A DNA stretch of 64,000 bases from Candidatus Moraniibacteriota bacterium (GCA_026985555.1 JALSQF010000011.1:4571-68570), one strand, 5' to 3'. Counted from the stretch's first letter, positions 19,527 through 29,994 are shown. Notes: a model not told the origin generated them from the letters alone. Translations and numbers: made by a program.

Positions 19527-22500
19527 ATGCAAAAGAAATTTTTTTTATTATTTTTATTTTATATTTTAACAATAATCATAATATATTTATCATTCCGCCC
19601 TTTTTACTTTAAGGAAAGCAATAATTTTATTTTGGCAAAAGTTATACTCTTTGTTGTGTTATTTGTTTTATTAAGACAAACTATATATATTTCTTTAGCT
19701 TTTTTCTTTGATGTTTATCATTATATTCGTGGTTTAAAATTTTCTAATAAAAAGTATTATCCTTTAGTTTCTGTAATTATTCCTGCTTGGAATGAAGAAA
19801 AAGGAATTATTGGAACAATTGAAAGTGTTTTGAAAAGTACTTATAATAATTTAGAAATTATTATAGTAAACGATGGTTCAACGGATAAAACCCATGAAAT
19901 TGTTTTGAATTTTCTAGATATTTTTAATAAAACGAATGTTACTTCAAAGAAAATATTATATATAAAACAAAAAAATAGCGGTAAAGGGGCAGCCTTAAAT
20001 AGTGGAATTAAAAAATCTTCAGGAGAAATCATTATGACTCTTGATGCCGATTCTTTAATAGATAAACAAGCTATAGAAAAAGCTGTAGAAATATTTAAAG
20101 ATCCTAAAATAAGTGCTGCGGCCGGTTATATTCAAATAGGAAACACCAATACTTTTTTTGGATTAATTCAATATTTTGAATATCTGATAAGTTTTATGTT
20201 TAAAAAGGCAGATGATATATTGAATAGTTTATATGTAGTCGGTGGCGCTAATGCTTTTTTTAGAAGAGAGGTTTTTAAAAAGGTAGGGCTGTTTAAGACA
20301 AACACTTTAACAGAAGATATAGAAATGTCAGTTCGCATTCAAAAAAAAGGAATGAAAATAACTTATTTACCTGATGTTTTAGTTACAACTGAGGGAGCGC
20401 AAACTTTTTCTTCATTAGTAAAACAGAGAATAAGATGGAGGAGGGGGAGATATCAAGTTATTTTTCATCTCCATAAGGATTTATTTTTTAACAGAAAAAT
20501 AAAACAAAATAAATTTTTATCATGGATATCTCTGCCTTATTCGGTTTTTATGGAAATCACTCTTTTTTTTGAGCCGTTTTTTTTGGCTTTTCTTTTATTT
20601 TTTAGCTTTATGAGTGGAAATTTTTTATCTTTTTTATTATTAATTATTGTTTCTTCTTGTTTTTTTATTTTTGCTATTTTTACTTCCATAAAAACAGATA
20701 AAAAGAATATTTTGGTTTTTTTATATTTTCCTGTTGCCTGGATGATGTATTATAGCATGTCTTTAATAGAATACATTGCTTTAGTAAAATCTCTTTATGG
20801 GTCTTTTTTAGGCAAGGAGGAGAAATGGCAAAAATGGAAAAGAAGCGGTCTTGTTAAACAGGATATTTTTTCACAGAAAGAAAAAAGTAATTATTATACT
20901 AAAAAAACAAAAATAAAAACTCAAAAATATGTTTTTTATGTGCTTCCTATAAGAACTAAATATTTTCAAAAAGCTCTTTTTAAATTATTAGACGATCTTA
21001 ATTCTTCTTTTTTTGTAAGAGAAGTGTTTGTTACTCATAAAGAAAAGAAATATTTAAATATTAACTATTGTTGTTATGAAATTTTTGTTTCCACTAAAAC
21101 AGAACACGGATATTTTTTGTTTAAAAATTTTTTAAAGAATAATTATCTTTTTGAAAGATTAATTTGGATCTCTTCCTTTTTTAAACACCAGCAAAATTAT
21201 AATTTTTTAAAAACCAAAAAACAAAAAGCAATAAATTCGTGCAATTTATGTAAAAATGAATCTTTAAACAAAAAGAAATCTTTAAATAAAAATTTTTTGT
21301 TTAAAGATTTTATACAAAATAAAATTTTGTCTTCTTTTATTTTTTTATTTCTTATAACTCTAGTTTTTTTGTTCTATTTTAACATATATGTTTCTAATAC
21401 AAAAAATATTCATACTCTCCTGACAATTATTTTATTCGTTATGACTACCGATGGTTTAATGCTTTTCTTGAATATTTTTAGAAGAAAAAAGAAGAATTTT
21501 ATTAACAAAAACTTAAAATCAAATTTAAAGTTAGTAACTTGTGTTATTGCTTGTTATAACGGAGAAAAAGTTATTAAAAAAACTTTAGAACAAGCTAAAA
21601 CTAAGTTTTCTCCTGAACAAATAATTGTTGTTTCTGATAAATCAACAGATAAAACGGCGGAAATTGCTAAAAAAATGGGGGTAAGAGTGATAGAAAATAA
21701 AATAAACCTAAATAAAGCTTTTAGTATTAGTAAAGCTGTTAACCATGTAAAAACTCCTTTAGTATTAATTATGGATGATGATGTTTATATAAAGGATTTA
21801 TTTATTCCCACTGATTTAATAACAGAAAAAAAATATAGAGCAGTAGCTTTTAATGTGATGCCTAATAAAACTGGTAGTTTAATAAATAAACTTCAGATAT
21901 TTGAATATAGAAAAAGTATGTTTTTCAGTAAGGCTTTAAGAAGTAAAGTGGGAGCCGTTTCTAATGTTTCTGGAGCAATCGGACTTTTCTTAAAAGAAGA
22001 TATTGATATACAAAAATCATTTCATTCTGGTCAGTTTGGTGGAGAGGACCAACAAAGAACCATGCTTGTTCATTTACTTAATAAATATAAAGAAAAAAAG
22101 AATAATGGATTAGTTACTTTTTATCCTTCTACTGTTCACACGGATGTTCCTAATTCTTGGAAAAGTCTTTTCAAGCAAAGATCTTTTAGCTGGGGAATGG
22201 CTACTCATGAAAATCTTTTTTTATTTTTTAAAAGTATTTTTTTACCCAAAGCTCATTTTGTTTTAAAAGTTGACAGGGCCTATTTAATTTTTATTTTTTT
22301 AACTGAACCATTGCGCATGTTTTTAACTCCTTATCTCTTTCTTCATACTTCGGTTTTATTTTTTCTATTTTTGTTGTATTTTATATTAGAGAACATTTCT
22401 TGGATAAGGACAGGAAGAAAAGATTCTTATTATATTGTTGTTTTATCTCCTTTTTATAATTTCTTTAAACTAATTACTAGATTTATTGCTTATTTTTATT

Positions 22501-22640
22501 GGTTTAAAGTGAAATATCTGTATATTAAAAAAGATATGCATAAATTGGTTCTTTCTAGAAATCTTATAAAAGAGTATTTAGTTGTTTTATTAATAATTTT
22601 AATGTTTTTTTCTTTTTCTTTTTATTTAATCATTGCTTGA
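19527..22640 (+). CDS. Fusion of two membrane GT2 processive glycosyltransferase modules
   Basis: Module 1: IPAWNE, DGSTD, DAD, TED, QRIRW. Module 2: IACYNG, DKSTD, DDD, GED, QRSFSW. Each is followed by TM helices. Confidence 0.85.
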   Translation: MQKKFFLLFLFYILTIIIIYLSFRPFYFKESNNFILAKVILFVVLFVLLRQTIYISLAFFFDVYHYIRGLKFSNKKYYPLVSVIIPAWNEEKGIIGTIESVLKSTYNNLEIIIVNDGSTDKTHEIVLNFLDIFNKTNVTSKKILYIKQKNSGKGAALNSGIKKSSGEIIMTLDADSLIDKQAIEKAVEIFKDPKISAAAGYIQIGNTNTFFGLIQYFEYLISFMFKKADDILNSLYVVGGANAFFRREVFKKVGLFKTNTLTEDIEMSVRIQKKGMKITYLPDVLVTTEGAQTFSSLVKQRIRWRRGRYQVIFHLHKDLFFNRKIKQNKFLSWISLPYSVFMEITLFFEPFFLAFLLFFSFMSGNFLSFLLLIIVSSCFFIFAIFTSIKTDKKNILVFLYFPVAWMMYYSMSLIEYIALVKSLYGSFLGKEEKWQKWKRSGLVKQDIFSQKEKSNYYTKKTKIKTQKYVFYVLPIRTKYFQKALFKLLDDLNSSFFVREVFVTHKEKKYLNINYCCYEIFVSTKTEHGYFLFKNFLKNNYLFERLIWISSFFKHQQNYNFLKTKKQKAINSCNLCKNESLNKKKSLNKNFLFKDFIQNKILSSFIFLFLITLVFLFYFNIYVSNTKNIHTLLTIILFVMTTDGLMLFLNIFRRKKKNFINKNLKSNLKLVTCVIACYNGEKVIKKTLEQAKTKFSPEQIIVVSDKSTDKTAEIAKKMGVRVIENKINLNKAFSISKAVNHVKTPLVLIMDDDVYIKDLFIPTDLITEKKYRAVAFNVMPNKTGSLINKLQIFEYRKSMFFSKALRSKVGAVSNVSGAIGLFLKEDIDIQKSFHSGQFGGEDQQRTMLVHLLNKYKEKKNNGLVTFYPSTVHTDVPNSWKSLFKQRSFSWGMATHENLFLFFKSIFLPKAHFVLKVDRAYLIFIFLTEPLRMFLTPYLFLHTSVLFFLFLLYFILENISWIRTGRKDSYYIVVLSPFYNFFKLITRFIAYFYWFKVKYLYIKKDMHKLVLSRNLIKEYLVVLLIILMFFSFSFYLIIA

Positions 22641-22660
22641 TTTTTATAAACTCTAAAACA

Positions 22661-23776
22661 ATGGATAAGACAAAAATATTTTTTTTCTTTATTTTTTTTC
22701 TCTTTTTATTTTTTTTTATTTTTACTCTAAAAGAAAATTTTTTCGTTTTTGAAAAGAAAAAAAATATTTCTTCAAAAGATAATAATTTTAAAGTTTCTAA
22801 TATTAATAATGATTTTATCTATGGAATATGGATATGGCAAGAGTATTTTTATGATTCAGAAAATGTAAAACTGGTAATTGATTTTGCGAAAAAAAAGAAA
22901 ATAAGGACTTTTTTTGTAAGAGTAGATAATTTTTTAGATGCTTATGAAGCTGGCGATATTCAAAAACAAGAAAATATTTTTGAAAATTTAAATTATTTTG
23001 TAAAAATAGCTCACCAAAATAATATTAAAGTAGAAGCTCTTTTTGGTGGACCGCAATGGTCAAATCCTTCTCATCGTTATTTAGTTAATATAATATTAGA
23101 TTTTATATTGAATGGATTAAATAATAAAAGAATTAATTTTGATGGGATACATATTGATATTGAACCTTATCAACAAGATAATTTTTCTTTAAATTCAGCA
23201 AGATATTATGAATATTATCTAACTACTATAGAGGAGATAAAACAAAAGTTATTAAATAAAAAATATACAGGAACATTATCTATAGATATTCCATATTGGT
23301 TTGGAAAAAATAATATTAGAGAAAATATATTTTACAATAAAAAAAAGAAAAATATTTTTAAACATTTATTAGATATTTTAGAAGAATATCCAAAATCTTA
23401 TTTAGTAATAATGGCGTATCGTAATTACGCTTTTGGTAATAATGGAGTTATTAATATTTTAGAAAGAGAATTATCCTTATTAAACCAAGAAAAAAAATAT
23501 TTAAAATTTATCCCTTTTTTAGTTATTGGTCAAGAAATTACAGAACAAAAAAATAGCAAGACAACCAGCTATTATGGTTATAATTGGCAGTATATTTATA
23601 CAGAATTATTTAAAATAGATAATTTTTTTAGAAAAAATTCAGAGTACAAAAAATTCTACAAAGGAATAGCTTTACATGATTTTTATATCTATTGGTGCAC
23701 TTCAGAAGAAGAAAAAAATATTTGTCGTAAAAACAATTTAAAAATAAAAAAGAATTTAAATACTAACAAAGAATAA
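22661..23776 (+). CDS. Membrane-anchored TIM-barrel glycoside-hydrolase-like protein
   Basis: N-terminal TM; FDGIHIDIEPY (GH18-like DxxxxDxE) and IMAYR; ATG at 22661. Confidence 0.6.
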   Translation: MDKTKIFFFFIFFLFLFFFIFTLKENFFVFEKKKNISSKDNNFKVSNINNDFIYGIWIWQEYFYDSENVKLVIDFAKKKKIRTFFVRVDNFLDAYEAGDIQKQENIFENLNYFVKIAHQNNIKVEALFGGPQWSNPSHRYLVNIILDFILNGLNNKRINFDGIHIDIEPYQQDNFSLNSARYYEYYLTTIEEIKQKLLNKKYTGTLSIDIPYWFGKNNIRENIFYNKKKKNIFKHLLDILEEYPKSYLVIMAYRNYAFGNNGVINILERELSLLNQEKKYLKFIPFLVIGQEITEQKNSKTTSYYGYNWQYIYTELFKIDNFFRKNSEYKKFYKGIALHDFYIYWCTSEEEKNICRKNNLKIKKNLNTNKE

Positions 23777-23960
23777 GTAGTTTTATAAATAAAACAATAC
23801 TTTATTTTCATTTAAATTTGTAAATATTATTTATAATTTTTTTAATCCATAAAACTATTTTTTGATTGTTTTTTAATATAAATAAATATTACTAATTTTT
23901 ATTTTTAATGTGTTTTTATAATACTAGATGTTTTTTATATGTAATGTAATGCGCAAACTA

Positions 23961-23988
23961 TTGACAAAAAAATAAAATCTGTTAAGCT
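23961..23988 (+). promoter_or_regulatory. Sigma70 promoter of the infA-ribosomal protein operon
   Basis: TTGACA-16 nt-TAAGCT with TG extension. Confidence 0.6.
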
Positions 23989-24030
23989 AATCATAATTGT
24001 CAAAAAACAATAAAGAGTAAATTTCATTTT

Positions 24031-24096
24031 AAAATAGAGGTGATATTATTGAGCTTCAAGAATTAGGAATAGATTAGAAGTAAGCTCCTCTATTTT
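24031..24096 (+). promoter_or_regulatory. Structured 5' leader upstream of infA
   Basis: AAAATAGAGG(24031-40)/CCTCTATTTT(24087-96) outer stem plus AGCTT/AAGCT inner stem. Confidence 0.5.
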
Positions 24097-24117
24097 TGTG
24101 TTGTTTAAGGTAAAATT

Positions 24118-24333
24118 ATGTCCAATAAAGAAATAATCAAATTAGAAGGAACTATTGTAGAAACTTTACCTAGCACTACATTTAAAGTAAAATTGGAAAA
24201 TGGACATGAAATTTTAGCTCATATTTCAGGCAAAATGAGAGTTAATTATATTCGTCTTTTGCCAGGAGATAAAGTTTTATTAGAGATGAGTCCTTATGAT
24301 TTAACTAAAGGTCGCATCACTCAACGTTTATAA
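24118..24333 (+). CDS. infA: Translation initiation factor IF-1
   Basis: [30 protein letters not shown]. Confidence 0.97.
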   Translation: MSNKEIIKLEGTIVETLPSTTFKVKLENGHEILAHISGKMRVNYIRLLPGDKVLLEMSPYDLTKGRITQRL

Positions 24334-24349
24334 TTTTTATTTAGATATT

Positions 24350-24463
24350 ATGAAAGTAAGAGCTTCAGTAAAAAAAATTTGTTCACAGTGTAAGATTGTA
24401 AAAAGAAGAGGTAAACTCTATGTAATTTGTTCTAATCCAAAACATAAGCAAAGACAAGGTTAA
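24350..24463 (+). CDS. rpmJ: 50S ribosomal protein L36 (not in the ORF track)
   Basis: Manual translation [37 protein letters not shown]. Confidence 0.97.
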   Translation: MKVRASVKKICSQCKIVKRRGKLYVICSNPKHKQRQG

Positions 24464-24481
24464 TTCTAATTTATTTTTATT

Positions 24482-25066
24482 ATGACACAAGAAAAAAAGA
24501 ATACAACAAAAAAAACTAGCGCTAATAATATCTCTGCTTCTCAAGCAGAAGAAAAAGATGAAAAGAAAGAAAATACTTCTACTGATGAAATGAAAAAACA
24601 AGAAAAAATTGATGATGATAAAGCAAAAAATGATATGGAAGCAAAGCAAGAAAAAGAGGTTGATAATAGTACGGTTGCTAATAAAGGTAAAAGTAAAAAA
24701 AGAGGAAAAAGAAAAAGACAAGTTTTAAAAGGAGAAGCCCATATTCAATGTACTTATAATAATACAATTATAACGCTCACTGATATAAATGGAAATGTTT
24801 TGGCTTGGTCTAGCGCAGGTATGTTAGGATTTAAAGGCGCTAAAAAATCTACTCCTTATGCAGCTACACAAGTGGCTAATGATGTAACTGAAAAAGTAAA
24901 AAAATATGGATTACAAGAAGTAAATGTCTATATTAAAGGTGTTGGAGGAGGAAGGGAGGCATCTATTCGTGGTTTAGCTAATTGCAGTTTAAATATCCTT
25001 TCTATTAAAGATATTACTCCTCATCCGCATAATGGGTGTCGCCCAAGGAAACCCAGAAGAGTTTAA
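24482..25066 (+). CDS. rpsK: 30S ribosomal protein S11 with long charged N-terminal extension
   Basis: [33 protein letters not shown]. Confidence 0.96.
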   Translation: MTQEKKNTTKKTSANNISASQAEEKDEKKENTSTDEMKKQEKIDDDKAKNDMEAKQEKEVDNSTVANKGKSKKRGKRKRQVLKGEAHIQCTYNNTIITLTDINGNVLAWSSAGMLGFKGAKKSTPYAATQVANDVTEKVKKYGLQEVNVYIKGVGGGREASIRGLANCSLNILSIKDITPHPHNGCRPRKPRRV

Positions 25067-25120
25067 ATTAAATTATTGTTTATTTTAAATTTAAAATTAA
25101 GAATTAAATAAAAGAAAATA

Positions 25121-25510
25121 ATGGCAAGAATTGCTGGGGTAAATATTCCCGACAACAAAAGAATAGAAATCTCTCTAACTTATATTTATGGTATAGGTCG
25201 TTCTACTAGTAATAAAATTTTAGATAAATTAGCTATTAACAAAGATAAGCGCGCTAAAGACTTAACTAATCAAGAAATCAATCAGCTAAGAGATGAAATT
25301 GAAAAAAAATATAGAGTGGAAGGCGAATTAAAGCATATTATTAAAATGAATATTAAACGTTTAAAGGAAATAGGTAGTTATAGAGGAAGTCGTCATCAAA
25401 AAGGATTACCCGCAAGAGGACAAAGAACTAAAACTAATACAAGGACAGTGAGAGGAAATGTGAGGCGAACAATGGGAAGTGGAAGACGTCCTGCAGCTGA
25501 AAAAACTTAA
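25121..25510 (+). CDS. rpsM: 30S ribosomal protein S13
   Basis: [24 protein letters not shown]. Confidence 0.97.
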   Translation: MARIAGVNIPDNKRIEISLTYIYGIGRSTSNKILDKLAINKDKRAKDLTNQEINQLRDEIEKKYRVEGELKHIIKMNIKRLKEIGSYRGSRHQKGLPARGQRTKTNTRTVRGNVRRTMGSGRRPAAEKT

Positions 25511-25614
25511 AATTTATAATTTTTTATAATTTATAATATTATTAAAACAAGTAACAAGTAAGTTAAGTATAAAGTAAATAAAATAATAAAAAGATTTAAT
25601 TGTATTTTATATCT

Positions 25615-26247
25615 ATGGCTAGAGATTTAGATTCAAAATGTAAACGTTGCAGAAGAGCAGGGGAAAAACTCTTTTTAAAAGGAGAGCGTTGTTTTAGCCC
25701 TAAATGTGCGATGGTAAGAAAAAATTATCCACCAGGAGTGCATGGAAAAAAGGTTGCACGTAATTTGAGTGAATATGGTCGTCAATTAGCTGTTAAACAA
25801 AAAGTGAAAAGAATTTATGGTGTTTTAGAAAAACAATTCAAGAAACATTTTGACGAAGTAATGACACGAGAGGGAGTTACAGGAGATTTATTAATGCAAC
25901 GCTTAGAAATGAGATTAGATAATGTGATTTACAGAGCAGGTTGGGCTGATTCTCGTAGTCAAGCAAGGCAATTAGTTAGCCATAATTTTTTTACTGTAAA
26001 CAATAAAAAAATGAATATTCCTTCTTATGAAGTTAAAGAAGGTGATATGATTAAAGTTAAGAAAAACAAAGAACAGAAAAAATTTATTAAAAGTCGTCAA
26101 GAATTCATACAGAATAAAAAAGATTTACCGGCTTGGATGGTTTATGATGAAAGTAAAAATGAAGTAAAAATATTAAAAAAGCCTAACATTGATGATATTG
26201 GCATCAAAGTTGACGCTCAATTAATAGTAGAATTCTATTCAAGATAA
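25615..26247 (+). CDS. rpsD: 30S ribosomal protein S4
   Basis: MAR..CKRCRR..LFLKGERC..KC, LEMRLDN, IVEFYSR; ATG at 25615. Confidence 0.97.
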   Translation: MARDLDSKCKRCRRAGEKLFLKGERCFSPKCAMVRKNYPPGVHGKKVARNLSEYGRQLAVKQKVKRIYGVLEKQFKKHFDEVMTREGVTGDLLMQRLEMRLDNVIYRAGWADSRSQARQLVSHNFFTVNNKKMNIPSYEVKEGDMIKVKKNKEQKKFIKSRQEFIQNKKDLPAWMVYDESKNEVKILKKPNIDDIGIKVDAQLIVEFYSR

Positions 26248-26320
26248 TTAATTTAGATAATTGGACACAGATTTTTACAAGTGATTAAAATTAATCTGGG
26301 TACAACTTATCTCAACTATT

Positions 26321-27310
26321 ATGGAGGTATCACTTCCCAAAAAAATTAAAACTATTTCCACAGGAGAAAACACCGGAGAATTTATTATAGAAGGATGTTA
26401 TCCTGGTTATGGAACTACCTTAGGAAATAGCTTAAGAAGAGTATTGTTATCTTCTTTAGAGGGTGTAGCCATTACTGCTGTAAAAATTAAAGGAGTGCAA
26501 CATGAATTTTCTACATTAAAAGGAGTAATGGAAGATGTAGTTCAAATAATTCTTAATCTTAAAAAAGTAAGATTATCTGTTGAAAATTCTGATGAAACCT
26601 GGGAAGCTAGCCTTAAATTTAAAGGAGAAGGAGTAGTAACAGCTAAAGATTTTAAATTACCAAGCGGAATTAAAGTAGTTAATCCGGAACAAGTTATTGC
26701 CACCTTAACAGATAAAAAAGCAGAATTAGAAATGGATGTAAAAATTACAAGAGGGTTAGGATATATGCCAGTAGAACAACAAGAAAAGAAGGAAAAAGAA
26801 ATTGGTGTTATAGAGATTGATGCGATTTATACTCCCATTAAAAGAGTAAATTATCAAGTAAGCAATATGCGTGTAGGAAAAAGAACGGATTATGATAAAA
26901 TAAAGCTAGAAATTGTTACTGATGGTAGTATTAATCCGGAGGATGCTTTTAATAAAGCAGTAGATATTTTAGTTCAGCAATTTTCTGCTTTAAAAGAAAT
27001 AAATGTAGCTGATGATTTAGTGGAAGAAGATATGGAGCAGACTCTTTTAGAAGAAAAAGAGCATCAAAATAAAAAAGAAAAAGATAATCAACAACAGGAA
27101 AAAGATGCTCTAGAAACATTAGTGGTTGATTTGAAAAATATTTCTAAAAGAACACTTAATATATTAGAAATAGCTAAAATTAAAAAAGTAAAAGACTTAG
27201 TTGCTATGACAGAAAATGATTTAAAACAAATAGAAGGCATAGGTGATAAAGGAGTAAAAGAAATTCGTAAAGCTATTGGTATATTTGGTTTTACTTTAAA
27301 GCAAGAATAA
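26321..27310 (+). CDS. rpoA: RNA polymerase alpha subunit
   Basis: GYGTTLGNSLRRVLLSS, HEFS, alpha-CTD. Confidence 0.97.
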   Translation: MEVSLPKKIKTISTGENTGEFIIEGCYPGYGTTLGNSLRRVLLSSLEGVAITAVKIKGVQHEFSTLKGVMEDVVQIILNLKKVRLSVENSDETWEASLKFKGEGVVTAKDFKLPSGIKVVNPEQVIATLTDKKAELEMDVKITRGLGYMPVEQQEKKEKEIGVIEIDAIYTPIKRVNYQVSNMRVGKRTDYDKIKLEIVTDGSINPEDAFNKAVDILVQQFSALKEINVADDLVEEDMEQTLLEEKEHQNKKEKDNQQQEKDALETLVVDLKNISKRTLNILEIAKIKKVKDLVAMTENDLKQIEGIGDKGVKEIRKAIGIFGFTLKQE

Positions 27311-27362
27311 AATAATTAGTTTATATTAATGTTTTGAAATTCTAATAAGTAAGAAAAGTTTT

Positions 27363-27731
27363 ATGCAACATTTAAGAAAAGGAAGAAAACTAGGTCGTGT
27401 TCGCCGACAAAGAGTTGCTCTAAAGAGAACTTTGTTGACTAGTTTAATAATGGAAGAAAAAATTATAACTACAGAAGCTAAAGCTAAAGAAATAAAACCA
27501 CTTTTTGATAAGTTAGTAACAAAAGTAAAGCAATATCAAGAATTTCCAGATAAAAGAGTGATAATTATAAGAAATTTAAGAAACAAAGTAGCCACTAAAG
27601 CTGTGAAAAAACTTATGGATGATAAGTTTAATCAGAGATTTAAAAAACGTTCTAGTGGATATACTAGAATAGTAAAATTAGTTCCTCGGAGAAGCGATTC
27701 TGCTAAAATGGCTATGTTAGAAATTTTATAA
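27363..27731 (+). CDS. rplQ: 50S ribosomal protein L17
   Basis: GRKLGR, ITTEAKAKE, GYTRI. Confidence 0.96.
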   Translation: MQHLRKGRKLGRVRRQRVALKRTLLTSLIMEEKIITTEAKAKEIKPLFDKLVTKVKQYQEFPDKRVIIIRNLRNKVATKAVKKLMDDKFNQRFKKRSSGYTRIVKLVPRRSDSAKMAMLEIL

Positions 27732-27742
27732 TTTAAAAATCT

Positions 27743-28132
27743 ATGAAAAGAAAATTTTATCAATTTGATGTTCAAGGGAAAATTTTAGGAAGAGTAGCTG
27801 TGGAAATTGCTCAAGTTTTGAGTGGTCGCCAAAAAGTTGATTTTACTCCCAACGAAGATAAAGGAGATTGGGTTGTAGTAATTAATTCTGATAAAGTAAG
27901 GGTAACAGGTAATAAAGAGAAAGGTAAGAAATATTACCATTATAGCGGTTATCCTGGAGGATTAAAAGAAGTTACTTTCCGTGATCAATTAAAAAATGAT
28001 TCTAGGAAGATTATTGAAAAAGCAGTGAAAGGAATGTTGCCAAAAAATAAATTGCAGGCGAAGTTTTTAAAAAGATTATTGATTTATAAAAATGAACAGC
28101 ATCCTCATAAGATTGATAAAAAAATAAGTTAA
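27743..28132 (+). CDS. rplM: 50S ribosomal protein L13
   Basis: LGRVA, GDWVVVIN, SGYPGG, VKGMLPKN. Confidence 0.96.
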   Translation: MKRKFYQFDVQGKILGRVAVEIAQVLSGRQKVDFTPNEDKGDWVVVINSDKVRVTGNKEKGKKYYHYSGYPGGLKEVTFRDQLKNDSRKIIEKAVKGMLPKNKLQAKFLKRLLIYKNEQHPHKIDKKIS

Positions 28133-28142
28133 CTAAAATTTT

Positions 28143-28604
28143 ATGAAAGAGAAAAAAATAACTAAGAAAGAAAAAGAGAAAAAAAAAGTTAAGTCAACTG
28201 AAAATAAGAAGAAAGAATACTTTTATGGACTAGGAAGAAGAAAAACAGCAGTTGCGCAAGTAAGAATTTATTTTTCAGAAAAAAAATCAGAATTTTTAGT
28301 AAATAAAAGAGAAATGAAAGAATATTTTACTCTTTTATCATATCAAAATATTTTTCAAGATCCTCTACGAGTAACAGGATTATTAGAAAAAGTTAAAGTA
28401 GATGCGAAAGTAAAAGGGGGTGGTCTTAGAGGTCAAGTTGAAGCTATTCGTTTAGGTATAGCTAGGGCTTTAGTGAAGTATGATGATAATTTCAAAAAGG
28501 TATTAAGAGCAGAGGGCTTTCTTACCAGAGATGCGCGTAAAGTGGAAAGAAAAAAAGCTGGTCTCAAAAAAGCTCGTCGTGCTCCTCAGTGGGCTAAAAG
28601 ATAA
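28143..28604 (+). CDS. rpsI: 30S ribosomal protein S9
   Basis: GRRKTAVA, GGG..GQ, TRDAR.VERKK.G..KAR..PQW.KR. Confidence 0.96.
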   Translation: MKEKKITKKEKEKKKVKSTENKKKEYFYGLGRRKTAVAQVRIYFSEKKSEFLVNKREMKEYFTLLSYQNIFQDPLRVTGLLEKVKVDAKVKGGGLRGQVEAIRLGIARALVKYDDNFKKVLRAEGFLTRDARKVERKKAGLKKARRAPQWAKR

Positions 28605-28640
28605 TCTTGTTTTTCAAAAATAAAATTTTAATTTTAAAAT

Positions 28641-29915
28641 ATGTGGGAAAAAATTGCTTTAGTTTTTAAAGTAAAAGAACTAAGAAAAAAAATATTTTTT
28701 GTATTATTTCTTTTAGTAATTTTTCGTTTAGCGGCTAACATTCCATTGCCAGGAGTAAATCTAGAACAATTAAAAAGATTATTTGAAGGAAATCAATTTT
28801 TGGGATTGTTAAATATGTTTTCAGGCGGAGGATTAAAAAGTATTTCCATTGTGCTTTTAGGTGTTGGACCTTATATTACTGCTTCTATCATTATGCAAAT
28901 TTTAACTATGGTAATTCCAGCTTTAGATAAATTAAACAGGGAAGAGGGAGAAGCAGGACGAGAAAAATTTAATATGTGGACACGTTGGCTAACTGTTCCT
29001 TTAGCTATTATTCAAACCTTTGGAATGATTACCTTATTAAAAACTCAACATGTTTTAGGTCTTTTATCTTTAATGCAAACTACGGAAATTATAATTATTG
29101 CAACAGCGGGAACAGTTTTTTTAACTTGGTTAGGAGAACTAATTACCGAAAAAGAGATAGGTAACGGAGTTTCTTTAATAATTTTCGCGGGTATTGTAGC
29201 TGGATTGCCTAGTGGAATTTCTCGTTTAATGAGCACTTTTGATTCCACAGAAGTTTTTAGTTATATTCTTTTTTTAATGATTGCTATTGCTACAGTAATA
29301 GGTGTAGTAATTGTTAATGAAGGACAAAGAGATATTCCAGTTTCTTATGCTAAAAGAGTACATGGCTCACAAATGAGCGGGGGAACTAGCACCCATCTAC
29401 CCTTAAGAGTTAATCAAGCTGGTGTTATTCCAATTATTTTTGCTATTTCCATTATGCTTTTTCCGGGAGTAATTGCTAATTTTTTGTCTCATGCGCATAA
29501 TCCCACTGTAGCTCATTTAGCGCAATCCATAGGTAATCTGTTTCAAAATAAGTTATTTTATGGCACGATGTACTTTTTATTAGTGGTAGCCTTTACTTAT
29601 TTTTATACAGCTGTAGTTTTTGATCCACAGAAAATAGCTGAAAATTTACAGAAACAGGGAGGATATATTCCTGGAATTAGACCAGGAGAACCAACAGAAG
29701 AATATCTTAATAAGATTATGAATCGTATCACGCTTTCTGGATCTATTTTTTTAGGCGCCATAGCTGTGTTGCCCTTAATAGTCCAATCTATTACTAATAT
29801 TGGCAATGTAATGACGGTAGGAGGAACAAGTATTTTAATAGTTGTAGCTGTTGTAATTGAAATTATCAAACAGATAGAAAGTCATATGGTTATGCGTAAT
29901 TATGAGGGCTTTTAG
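28641..29915 (+). CDS. secY: Preprotein translocase SecY
   Basis: LGVGPYITASII, IGNGVSL, AGVIPIIFA, GIRPG, GGTSILI. Confidence 0.97.
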   Translation: MWEKIALVFKVKELRKKIFFVLFLLVIFRLAANIPLPGVNLEQLKRLFEGNQFLGLLNMFSGGGLKSISIVLLGVGPYITASIIMQILTMVIPALDKLNREEGEAGREKFNMWTRWLTVPLAIIQTFGMITLLKTQHVLGLLSLMQTTEIIIIATAGTVFLTWLGELITEKEIGNGVSLIIFAGIVAGLPSGISRLMSTFDSTEVFSYILFLMIAIATVIGVVIVNEGQRDIPVSYAKRVHGSQMSGGTSTHLPLRVNQAGVIPIIFAISIMLFPGVIANFLSHAHNPTVAHLAQSIGNLFQNKLFYGTMYFLLVVAFTYFYTAVVFDPQKIAENLQKQGGYIPGIRPGEPTEEYLNKIMNRITLSGSIFLGAIAVLPLIVQSITNIGNVMTVGGTSILIVVAVVIEIIKQIESHMVMRNYEGF

Positions 29916-29994
29916 TTAATACAAATTATACTTATAATTAATTTTAATTAATTTTTAATCATACTGAAAACCTAAGCACTATTTTTTTATTTTT

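Noticed and set aside
24383-24721. 112-aa Phe-rich minus-strand ORF and similar shadow ORFs (e.g. 1081, 5844, 18799, 29603, 48171)
   Set aside because: Antisense or alternate-frame shadows of well-supported genes in AT-rich DNA
26261-26305. Hairpin between rpsD and rpoA as a regulatory RNA
   Set aside because: Short imperfect stem (CAGATT/AATCTG core); not supportable without comparative data
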